64,000 nt of DNA, from assembly GCA_900617105.1 (NCBI GenBank), contig UYFQ01000146.1, positions 1-64,000 of the forward strand, given 5' to 3'. Made by a program: the position numbers and the translations under genes. Numbering within the stretch: position 1 is the stretch's first letter; each line of letters begins with the position of its first letter. This stretch comes from Hydrurus foetidus (Eukaryota). Positions 25,866 to 36,700 of the stretch are shown here, in pieces. The notes under the pieces were generated by a model that was given only the letters and a program-made list of their open reading frames with translations, was not told the DNA's origin and made no database searches.

Positions 25866-28421
25866 ATGGCTGGTTCTGATGAAAAGGCTCTTGTCAGAGC
25901 GACATCGTTACCCAAAGTACAAATTTCTATCGTGATTTTGGTCCAGCTATGCGAGGCGATGAACAGTGAGTCGTTGATCCTCTCTAGTATAAACTGTCTA
26001 CATCATTTTGACTCACTACCTTATACTCGTTTTCTCTCGATGTAGTCAATGTGCTTTTCCCTTTTGTTGCCTTCATGGTGGAAGACCTTGGCTACGGCGG
26101 GTCTAAATTGGGTTACTACGCAGGAGGCCTAGCCGCATCCTTCTGTGGTGCTCAGTTCTGCTCTTCAATTCTTTGGGGGTTGTTTTCTGACAAATATGGT
26201 CGTAAACCAGCAATTGCTATCGGCACTTTAGGAGCGGCTGTAGGCATGTTGATATTTGGCTCCGCCACAAACTATTCCACTGCTTTGATCGGTCGCATTA
26301 TCAGCGGGTTACTGAGCGGTAATTTGGGAGTTCTTAAAAGTTTCTTGACCGAGATAACTGATGAATCTAACAGAGGCTCAGGATTTTCATACATGTCTGT
26401 CGCATGGGCTTTGGGAACTATTGTCGCTCCCTTAGCAGGCGGATTGCTCTGCAAGCCAGCTGACAAGTATCCAAAACTTTTCGCTCCATCAGGGATTTTT
26501 GGAAGCTATCCATACTTGCTACCTTGCGCAATTTGTTTTGCCTTTAATGTTGTTTCGGCAGTGGTTTGTCAGCTCTTCATGGTGGAGACCCGAATGTCTA
26601 AGCAAGAAGTTTCTGTTCGCACAACCTCGACATTGCAGCCGATCAGCGGAAATACCTCAAATAGAGAGATCCTGAACGGATTCAGCGTAGAAGAGAGTTC
26701 TAAATTTTCTCTTTCCGATAGTATATCAACCGCTCAGAGAGATGGTGACAGGAAGGCAAATGGCCTCTTGGGAGTTGCACTGCAGAATATTGGAGGAGCT
26801 TTGTACAAGAGTCGACTCTACGTAGAGAAATCATTTCACCACTCAAATGAACAAAAAAGCGACATTTCATATGGAGCCCTCGATTTAGACGAAGCATCTG
26901 GTCATTATGGGCATGCAAATCATGCAGATAAGAATTACAGAGCTAGCGTCGAACTGTCAGTAATGGCGGATCAGAACTCTAGTGGGACTAGTGCAGCGTC
27001 ATCAACCAGAATGGACTCAACACGCCCTACAACAACTGATCAAGATCTTTCTGATGTACTATCATCACAGCAGAGAAGCATTGACGATGACGAAAGCTCG
27101 ATTGAAAATATCTCTTACAGTAATGATGATAGTGAGCCCGATGATGATGACGAGTATGATAATGAAGAGGAGTGTGATTGTTGCCTCTTTAGTTGTGGAC
27201 GTGAGGGTGACACATCGAACGGAAATAGAGACAGATACAGAACTCTAAATGCACCTAGCAGCTCCAGTAAAAGTACAAATCGAGAAGAATTCGATTGCGA
27301 TAGCTCAATTGAATCACAAGACAGTTGCAACAACATCGTAGCAAAAAAGAGCAGACGACATTCATACAGCAGCGGCCGGCAAGCTCAAAATGTTATGAGA
27401 TCAAGGAGCGTCGTTCTTGTAACTTGTAACTACGGCTTGCTCGCTATGGCTTTCATATTATGGGAAGAGACAATTCCACTATTTCTCAAACTCGACAGCA
27501 AAGATGGTGGATTCGGATTAACGAGCAGCGACATTGGGCTTGTGCTGTCATCTAGTGGTGGAGTCATGCTTGTTTTTACCTATCTTGTTCTACCAACCCT
27601 CGCCAAAAGAAATAAAAAATGGCTCTTTCGTCTAGGTGTCTCCAGCTCACTGCCAATTGCATTTGCAATTCCTCTATTAGCTTCTGGCAAAACAGCGTAT
27701 CCTATCATATTCGCATCGAGTAAAGGCATACTATTTCTTAAATCGCTATTGGTCGCATGTTGCGTGCTCAAGAACATTGCAGCGTGCGTTTCTTTCACAG
27801 CGTAAGTACAGTTACGGTGAATGCAGACTATGATGTCACCTCCTTATCGACGCATTTCATCGGAAGGAGATAAAATCGTTTATTGTGATTTATACACCGA
27901 TTTTTATGCACGCCATCGCAGTATGAATACCTCAGCTTTTGAAGTACGATCTGACCGAACATCTCATTGAACGAAACTACTGAAACTTCGCAGGATGATG
28001 ATTATGATCAACAACAGCGTGCTCGATGAATCTCTCGGTGTCGTGAATGGACTGGGCCAGAGTCTGGCCTCGTTGGCAAGAATGATAGGGCCCGGCTTCG
28101 GTGGCATACTGTGGAGCATCAGCATGGAGGTAGGTGAAGTAACATATCCAATACATGCATTTTCCACTGACATGTATGCCTTCCCACATGGTGTATAGAA
28201 GGTACCAAGTGCATTTCGAATTCTTTAAAGTCAATTAGTAATCATCACGAAACTTGACAATAACTGCTCTACTTCTATTTTCACCTGTGCAGACTAAATT
28301 CGCCTGGACGAACTTCATAGCCGTTTTTGTTTTACTAGTAGCGTGCCTCACAGTAAACAGCCTCCTTCCAGATTCCCTGAATTTAAAGAAATTGAATCGA
28401 CCGGTACTATCAAATGCCTAA
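25866..28421 (+). CDS. Host MFS transporter (ZIFL/tetracycline-resistance-like); exons 25866-25965, 26046-27801, 27994-28129, 28293-28421
   Basis: MFS motif A (WGLFSDKYGRKP), multiple hydrophobic helices, long Ser/Asp-rich central loop; three GT-AG introns keep the frame. Confidence 0.9.
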
Positions 28422-29094
28422 TGTCACCTTGATCAATCTTCAACGTTTTTATTTTTATTTTTATTACGTCATGATCGATTGCTGTTCGATCAGTTTACAA
28501 AGGAAACTACCCCGATTTTTCAAAAGTTTTTTTTGTGGTGGGAGTCAAATATTTGAAATCCGCAGAGCCTTTCATATACAGCCAACGAAAACGCGATGAA
28601 TCTGACTTACAGTATCTACTAATGGTTACTTGGACACTGTGTGGGTGCTACTGGACTGAGATATAGGGGTTCGCAGTTTTAGAGTCAACTCACTCCACAA
28701 TCGCACGTAGCAGACTGCTTTGTGATGTGTGGCAGTTCGAATGCTGATAGATAAAACCTCAGAAATGTTTACTAAAGAGCGAACAATCAATAGAATCAAC
28801 TGCGTCATAATCTATACGTCAGTGACTAGAAAATGAGAACTTCACAGCAACTTTGTCATTATTTGACGATATTATCTAGTTTACTTACAATTCGTAAGAT
28901 AGCGAATTCACCTCATATTCCGAATTTCCCCCAATACAGTCTCTACTACAAAATAATTAAAAATTATGCACAGTCATGAAATTAAATTTGACTCCTGTAG
29001 AAGGATTTAAAGCAAGTTGGAATTTTCAACTGTAATATCTATTTGATCAAAGGTAACGCAGACTCGGATCTGTCTGCTGCCAGAACATGATCGT

Positions 29095-30020
29095 TTATAC
29101 TACCTTCATGGGTCTTTCCTCTGAAATTTCTCCTTTCTCTAATCTGACTTGATCATCGATTAGTTCGCCAGTTGGCAGCTGCTCATAAGCTGCATTAGTG
29201 TCTCTTCGAACATCTACTTCGTAATTAACTTGGGCGGCCATGCATCCGATAGCAGTATAAAAAACAATCTGTGCTACAACATGGACCAAATGAGCTAGAT
29301 GTCGGAGCTCCCTCATAAATATGGCGAGGATGTCGCAAACGCTGTAATTTAAACAATTTTGAACTGCTTAGATAATTGAATGGACTAAATGAGGCATAGC
29401 TTTTCTGATATTTTTAGAGGGGTCTCACCATGATAGAATCTGCAAGCAATTTGCTAGTCTGATAACTCTGTTGTCACACGGATCAGACCGAAGGCCATAC
29501 TGATCCATAATCATAACTCTGCTGGAACTCATACTTGGACCGACGCATATCAGTGATTCTACGCAAAGACAGAAGGTAGGACAGTTTCTTTCACCGCACG
29601 ATCCAGCGTGGAAGCAATAATTATCCATGTAACCTGAATTCAGAGTATTCGAGAAGGTGGAAAAATCATGAACATTAATCATTCCCTTCTTAAATGATCT
29701 GCAAATTATGGGAAGGTTGGACGAGCCTTGGCAGCACACGTAGCGGCTCATGTCCCCGTCAAGCACACGATATCGGGTGTAGTACGCTGAACAGAACGGA
29801 AGACAGTATGTCAGGCAGCAGATTGGCTGATTGTGGGTGAGGCCATCCATCATGGAGATCTGAGGGATAAATGCATTCTGTTCATTCATCGGGCTGATAA
29901 AAAGGGACAGCAACCCTCATATTGATACGTTTTCTCACTTGAAATTTGTCAGATCGCGACGCTCTGACATCGCCCGGTAGATCATCGCCAGAGAAACAGA
30001 GGAGACAGCAAGCCATGGCA
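29095..30020 (-). CDS. Host PLAC8-family cysteine-rich protein (multi-exon; start codon uncertain)
   Basis: CCLTYCLPFC, RYVCCQG/YMD, AGSCGERNCPTFCLCVE, DPCDNRVI and GCMAAQ, separated by GT-AG introns. Confidence 0.75.
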
Positions 30021-30103
30021 AGAGATAATGTAAATTGTCCGAGGGGATCGACAAATATCACATAGAAGTTTTCAGTTTCTGACTTTACCAGGCTTTTTTT
30101 TTA

Positions 30104-30517
30104 AGAGTCACCGGCCCTAGCTGTGCTCTTTTTTGAGTGTAGAATTTGTTCGTACAGCATACCGGCAGGAAGTTTTCGAGTTTCTCACCAAATTCAATTC
30201 TGTAAATTGGGTTCGGTTAAAATCACCAATATCTACTTGCGTTATACCTGCAGCAGGGCATTCGAAAAAATTTTTCTGTACGTGTGCCACCTTTTTAATT
30301 CGAAAAATAGTGAGTATTTTCGAATTCGGAAAAAGTGCCCTGCAAAAGTTTGGAGTACAAAATTTTATGCTGAACACGAATATCGAAACCGTTTGTTCCA
30401 ATTCACTGAAGTGAGAAACTTCCAACCGGTTCAAATTTGAGTGTAAAAAAGCGTTTTTTCGGATTTTATCATTTTTTTTCGTGTAAAAAAAAGAGCACAC
30501 CTGGGGCCGGTGACTCT
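30104..30517. mobile_element. Non-autonomous deletion derivative (MITE) of the IS630/Tc1 element, copy 1
   Basis: TIR AGAGTCACCGGCCC...GGGCCGGTGACTCT with TA on both sides; the interior matches the ends of copy 2. Confidence 0.85.
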
Positions 30518-30836
30518 TAAAAGAGTCACCGGCCCTAGCCGTGCTCTTTTTTGAGTGTAGAATTTGTTCGTATTGTTGAGGTCAAAACAAAACGCCAGAA
30601 CCGAGATTTTTTCTTCGAAAAGATGTTCTCTTTCATTTATTTTTTTCCTTTCAAAAGAAATAATCTCTCTCAAAAGCCTCGCGGCAACACCACGATCACA
30701 ACAGCTAGAAGAAGTGAATGCAATTGACCTACCATGATCAAGGCAAAGAAGTGTCAAGTTGAGCTAACGAAAATGTTCATTGACTTTAAAGGTTGTTCGC
30801 GATCACACTGTCGATTTCCCGACACAAAACAATAAA

Positions 30837-32025
30837 ATGGAACCTTCAATTGTTTTGATGTCCCGCCAGAGAACAAAGGACAGGTCAAAGGTCACTGCAA
30901 TTCTTGATGCTGACCTTCACAAGCTATCAGTATCGATAAGCTACGACGGTGGATTTATGTACGATGGTGCGATCACATGCGGAATTTCAAGCACCGACAC
31001 GACTCAGCACAGGCTATTCGCCTTCGACGTCAGTATCGAGGACGAATGTCCTGTAGAGCCTTCAATTCTAGACATTGATGAAGTAGCTGAGCTGGCAAGA
31101 TCTTACATGAGAACGAAAGGTGTCGATTTACCAGCAGAGAAGTACAACACTTTCCTCGTCTCACCACTTCAGAAAGATGTGTCAAAGAAGGGTGCGGCGA
31201 ATGCCAAATATCGGGCAATTGTCACTGCACCAAATCACGAGGTCTTTACTCCCGGATTATCCGCATCGAACCCTTGTTCCAATCAACGGATGCCGCACAT
31301 CTTTTTCTCCAAACCGGTTGAGACTAAAGCCCCTATGGAGAATAAGAGAGGCAGTAGTGCTGCAGTCAACACGAGCACAATTCATGACGCGCTGAAGAGT
31401 CTCAAACGTTACCTCAGAGTGACATTCAGCACAAAATCGAAGCAGTTGCCTCATTATGCGGCCTTATTTGTCTATGCTAATGCCGACGCTTTGGAGAATT
31501 TCGTTGACCTCATAGGGGATATTGCATTAAAGGATCAAAAATTGTTGAATCAAGTTTCAGGTAACTTTCGTTTGTATCCTACTTTCAAAGTTGTAGCTGC
31601 TAACTCAGATTGTATTTCTCCTGTTTACAGATAATCTTAGCATCAAAGAGACAGTTGCTTTCTTGAGCAACATTTTCGTTTCAGTATCCTCTAATGACTC
31701 TGTGGAGCTGCCCTTGGGAGTGGGTCGCCTCAACCGGTACCCTGAGACGTCATTCTCAACATCATCTAGCTCTGCAAGCAGTTCCAGTACCTATGCTACA
31801 ACCGCCCGGGACGAAACACTGACAACTCGTAAGCGATCCCGCGAAGACGATCTCTACCCCGATGAGGGTGACTTCAATCCAGAAACCATTCAACACTCAG
31901 CGACTGAATCCCCCATTGTGAGACATGCCCGAGTGACAAGTGATTTCAAACAATGTTTAGATTGCGATGAAATGAATCTACTGCCGTCGAAATTTTGCTG
32001 CCAATGCTGTTCTGTTTTTCCTTAG
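30837..32025 (+). CDS. Uncharacterised accessory protein of the IS630/Tc1 element with a C-terminal zinc ribbon; intron 31561-31684
   Basis: A GT-AG intron joins ORFs 30780-31634 and 31663-32025 in frame; CLDC...FCCQC at the C-terminus. Confidence 0.65.
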
Positions 32026-32120
32026 AAGTCGAAGACATTTTGTAAATTCAAAAATAAAAATCGCTTTTCGTTTAGAAATTTTTGAGTCACGAAGCGAATA
32101 ATGCAAAACAAGACGTTTTA

Positions 32121-33161
32121 TCAGGGTGCAGCCATCTCTTCCAGCCATCTTTCATGATTGACTCTGTAAAGTCTAAAATGATTGTCTGCCATGGCAGAGT
32201 GCAGATTGCCTGGTCGAAATGATTCAAATATTGCCGAGATCGTTTGTATCGGGTGTAGCACTGCTTCGTCCTCTCTGTAGCGAAGTAAGTCCTTAACTTC
32301 AGCGAACAATCGCTCGACCGGTTTGAGATCGGGGGAGTATGGAGCAGCAAATAAGTAATATCCCTCGAAAATCTCTTCCATGCAACCTCTCACGATAGGT
32401 GTGTGGTGGATGGCCGCATTGTCGAACAGTCCGATCATACCAGGGAGTATCTGCTGATTTACATCATTCTCCAGAAAAGATAGAAATATCTCTGCATTAA
32501 TAGGGCCTTCAACGACTCTGTAAGCGATGAGGCCGATGGGAGAATATGCCACAATCGATGAGTACTGCCGTCCGTCGACCTCAAGCTGAGTTTTCAAGGC
32601 GACTTCACCCTTCGGTGCATAACCGTGTTTCTGGAAGAACTCTTTGTATGTTGACAGAGTTTCGTCGATGTCTAGTAAACGAAAATGGTCGAAAGGTGCA
32701 GCGTTCCTCATAAATATCCTACGTCTGATAGGGCATCGAAGGTGATGCACCCTCTCCATAATTTTCCTTGATATTCTCATTCTCTTCAAAACTCGCCCAA
32801 ATGATCTGATCGATGGCACTCCATAATTCGCGTCATAGTGCTCCTCACACATGATCTCTCGTCCCCTCTTAAGAGTAGCATGTGGCGTATCGGCAAAGAT
32901 ATTGACGAAGACGTCTGAATCAAAACCGTCGATTAGAAAGTCTGGGCCACCATTTCGCGGTAATTTATCACCAAGAAATTGGTCATCATAGTCACCATTA
33001 TCGCAGCGCAAGCACAACTTTCTCAGGAAAGCAACCGAAATCAAAAACTCGTCGCTGCAGAAAATATTCTCAAATATTGTCTGATGACTTTGCTGCAGCA
33101 TGATTCTCGCATGCCAGATCTGCTGTAGATAAGCAGCCGTCAGATGGCATCCAGATGGCAT
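32121..33161 (-). CDS. IS630/Tc1-type DD35E transposase
   Basis: DIDET, FDNAAIHH and PYSPDLKPVE; 35 residues between the second D and the E. Confidence 0.92.
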   Translation of the reverse strand: MPSGCHLTAAYLQQIWHARIMLQQSHQTIFENIFCSDEFLISVAFLRKLCLRCDNGDYDDQFLGDKLPRNGGPDFLIDGFDSDVFVNIFADTPHATLKRGREIMCEEHYDANYGVPSIRSFGRVLKRMRISRKIMERVHHLRCPIRRRIFMRNAAPFDHFRLLDIDETLSTYKEFFQKHGYAPKGEVALKTQLEVDGRQYSSIVAYSPIGLIAYRVVEGPINAEIFLSFLENDVNQQILPGMIGLFDNAAIHHTPIVRGCMEEIFEGYYLFAAPYSPDLKPVERLFAEVKDLLRYREDEAVLHPIQTISAIFESFRPGNLHSAMADNHFRLYRVNHERWLEEMAAP

Positions 33162-33767
33162 GATCTGTTCTCAAGCCAAAATTACTGGTTGGGGAGTGCC
33201 TTGTTCCAGCAAGTAATGTTGTCAGATGTATCTGTATTCTGATCACCGTCGACAAGAAATTGTTCTCTTCCGAGAGAGAAATGTGTTTTGAAAGCGAAAT
33301 ATCTTTTGAGAGAGACCGAATCTTTTGAGAAAATCTGTGTTCTGGCGTTTTGTTTTGACCTCAACAATACAGCATACCGGCAGGAAGTTTTCGAGTTTCT
33401 CACCAAATTCAATTCTGTAAATTGGGTTCGGTTAAAATCACCAATATCTACTTGTCTACTTGCGTTACCTGCAGGGCATTCGAAAAAAGTTTTCTGTACG
33501 TGTGCCACTTTTTTAATTCGAAAAATAGTGAGTATTTTCGAATTCGGAAAAAGTGCCCTGCAAAAGTTTGGAGTACAAAATTTTATGCTGAACACGAATA
33601 TCGAAACCGTTTGTTCCAATTCACTGAAGTGAGAAACTTCCAACCGGTTCAAATTTGAGTGTAAAAAAGCGTTTTTCGGATTTTACCATTTTTTTTCGTG
33701 TAAAAAAAAGAGCACACCTGGGACCTGGGGCCGGTGACTCTTAAAAAGAGTCACCGGGAGCAGGTAT

Positions 33768-36700
33768 TGTTGGGATATGCGTAGACTAGGAATCTCTTTG
33801 GGGATAATATCATGAGCGATATCCAGTCCGGATAGTTGTAGCTTAGGCATACGTTTTATGATTCCTTGTAGACCGGTTGATACTATACACCAACCCGCGG
33901 TCACATCAGGAATGAAATGTTGGAGTGATGAATCACACCAAGTAGCATACTAGCAGTTAGTATACAGCTGATGAAGTGGATGTTTTGACATGCTAACCAC
34001 TTCTTATTAAAAGAGACTATATGACATCACGTCATTATACCTACACTAGTTGACTTTTCTGCTGCTCTGGCTAGGCTTGCATTTCACAAGGTGTATTCTC
34101 AAAGAATCACTAGCAACCTACCAGTTCAGTACCGGGATCAGTTATCCCTAAAGAAACGGTTTTACCAAGATAATAAGAAGCCTTTAAAGACTTTATCATG
34201 AGTCAAAAAGGTTCCAAAGGTGGTGCGCCACCGAGGAAAGATGAGGGTGCAAATGGATCCCTTGAAAAGAGGACCATACCCGCAGGATTGGTTGAGATCA
34301 GCCATGATTGCCACAAGCAGTGGGATTCAATCATAGCTAAGCTGAAGGCGTACTGCAGAGATAACTATCAGGATCTACAGTCAATCTGTCAGGAGCCGAT
34401 GAAAGTGACTGTTGCACCGGCATACCGGAAGCACCTACCACCGATGCCCTCTGAGGCAGAACTGGAGGTGATCAGAAAAGAGAACGACCCAATTGGAGAT
34501 AAAAACAAAATCTTTATGGGACTACTCAGCGGCAGGAACAACCAGTACCTCAAATTACTGACCCAACAGAAGATCGACAAGGAGAACTGCTACACAGTCA
34601 TTCGAAAGATGTGTTCAGCACAGCTCAACTCGCTACTCGCTGTCGACGCTGCATTCATAGCCTGCGAAGAAGACGACCCACTCGAGTTGCTTCGTGTAAT
34701 CAAGCGCCTCGTCACGGCTCGACCAGATGGAAATGAAGAACTCGACCGTCAGAAAGCCCTTAGCGAGTGGTTTGGAGCGAGGTGATTCTAAGTTATGGCA
34801 GGCGTGCTATCAAAACATTTGAAAGACTCACCACGACTGGAATACCAGTGGAAGAACAGCCAAAGCCAAAGCAGCAATCAATGCGCTTCATTGATGGACT
34901 CGATGGATCAGTTCCGGCATACCACGGTTACAAGATGAACCTGATCAATGCCAAACAGCAAACGGATCGAGACATATACCCTGCGACTCTCGTCGACGCA
35001 ATCCTGCGAACAACAAGATTTGAGACATCATTCATTGAGAATATCAATGCAACCCTCCCTCCAACAACGCCACATTCAGCATTCGGAGCTCAGCAGCAGA
35101 CTGAAGATCGAGGAAAAAAGGGTGCCAAGCAGTTGGGGAAGGGCAAGGGTCACAAAGACAAACCTTCCAGCAAAGACACCAAGGCCGAACCCGACAAAGA
35201 CAAACCAAAAATAAAGTTCGAAGGCGAGTGTTTCAACTGTGGCAAGTTTGGCCACCGAAAATCTGAGTGCCGGAGCAAGGCGAAAGACGAGCCGAAAAAG
35301 GTGCGATTTGAGAAAAATCCAGAGCCGGCAAACAAGGCGAGCAGTCACTCCTCATATTACACATCATTTGGCAACATGCATGATGAAGAGGATGAAGAAA
35401 TGGAAGATGATGATCGAAGATGCAATGTCGCGTTGAAAGGATCTCCACCCGACGACGGTGACGGAATCAGTCTACAGGCCACCCGAACTTCAATCCAACC
35501 ATCATCGACCGAAGCGATTTTCGACACCGGTGCCACCGGCACAATCATCACAAGCGCTGATGTTCTCTCAGAGATTTGGACGTGTCGGCCAACTGTGTTT
35601 AAGGGCTTGCATGGATCCTTGACAGTGACAAAAGTCGGCAGACTTGGTGATATCGGCATCGTTCACTTCGATGATCGGGCGGCGCTCTCCATCATTTCAG
35701 CTTCGGATATCCTTTTGCAAGGACACAACTGGGAGTTCCAACGTGGAGGACATGTTGATCAAGATGCTTTCCTGGTGCACACAGCAAAGCAAACCTATCG
35801 CTTTCAACATCGAGGTGGACTCTATGTTTGCGATCTTGCATCACGACCAGAGCCTCGACATGAGAGCTCCAACAAGTCGAGATTAGAGTCAGCCAACCCC
35901 GCCATCGCTCTCAATAAGGCAGGAGGACCTTTTTCTCAGCTCCTTTGCCAACAACAACGGCAAATGAGGCAGCGTACTCCAAGCGCGAGGTTGCTCGAAG
36001 CTTCGATGCCCGACGGCTACAAGCAAGCCTTGGATTCCCACCCGACGCCAAGATGATCTCTGCTTTGAACGCCGGAGCATTCCTCAACTGCGACATCCTT
36101 CCTGAAGATGTTAATCGAGCAACTGCGATCTGGGGTGCCAACATCGCTGCTCTGAAAGGGCGAACAGTTCGAGCCCGACCATTTCCAGCATTGCAAAGTC
36201 ACCGTGATTTTAAAAGTCACCGTGATTTTAAAAGTCACCGTGATTTTGATGAGCAACACATGCATTGTGATGTCATGTTTGTCAATAAGCAACCATTCCT
36301 GGTTTCCATCACACATCCTCTTGGCATTGTCCTCGTTGCTTGCGTGGAGAATCTCACAGCGCCAATCCTGAGACAAAGCATCAGGAGGATGTTCGGCACC
36401 ATCGGATCCCGCAGTATCAAGATCACCCGCTTCACCAGCGACAATGAACGAGGGATCGCGGCGCTTGCAGGAGACATGAATGCAATGGGCGTGGCCGTCT
36501 CTCTCGTCGGACCAGGTCAGCATGATCACATCGTGGAGCGGATGATCCGCCACCTGAAGGAGACCATTCGGGCCACCATACACAGCCTACCCTACCTAGT
36601 CGCTGACGCGATGATGAATCACTTGGTGCTGAGCTGCTCCAAGAAACTACTGTTGTTCCCTTCGTCCACACGAACGGACAAAATATCTCCCTTTGAGGCC

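Larger units (their letters stand above)
30522..33741. mobile_element. IS630/Tc1-like DNA transposon with two convergent genes, copy 2
   Basis: Same TIRs as copy 1; contains a DDE_3-type transposase. Confidence 0.9.

Noticed and set aside
30117..30500. Multiple ORFs across the MITE (also 33182-33658 and 48475-48918)
   Set aside because: Incidental frames in non-coding subterminal repeat sequence.
30780..32025. Fanzor/TnpB assignment for the accessory gene
   Set aside because: A zinc ribbon is present but no RuvC I-III motifs are recognisable.
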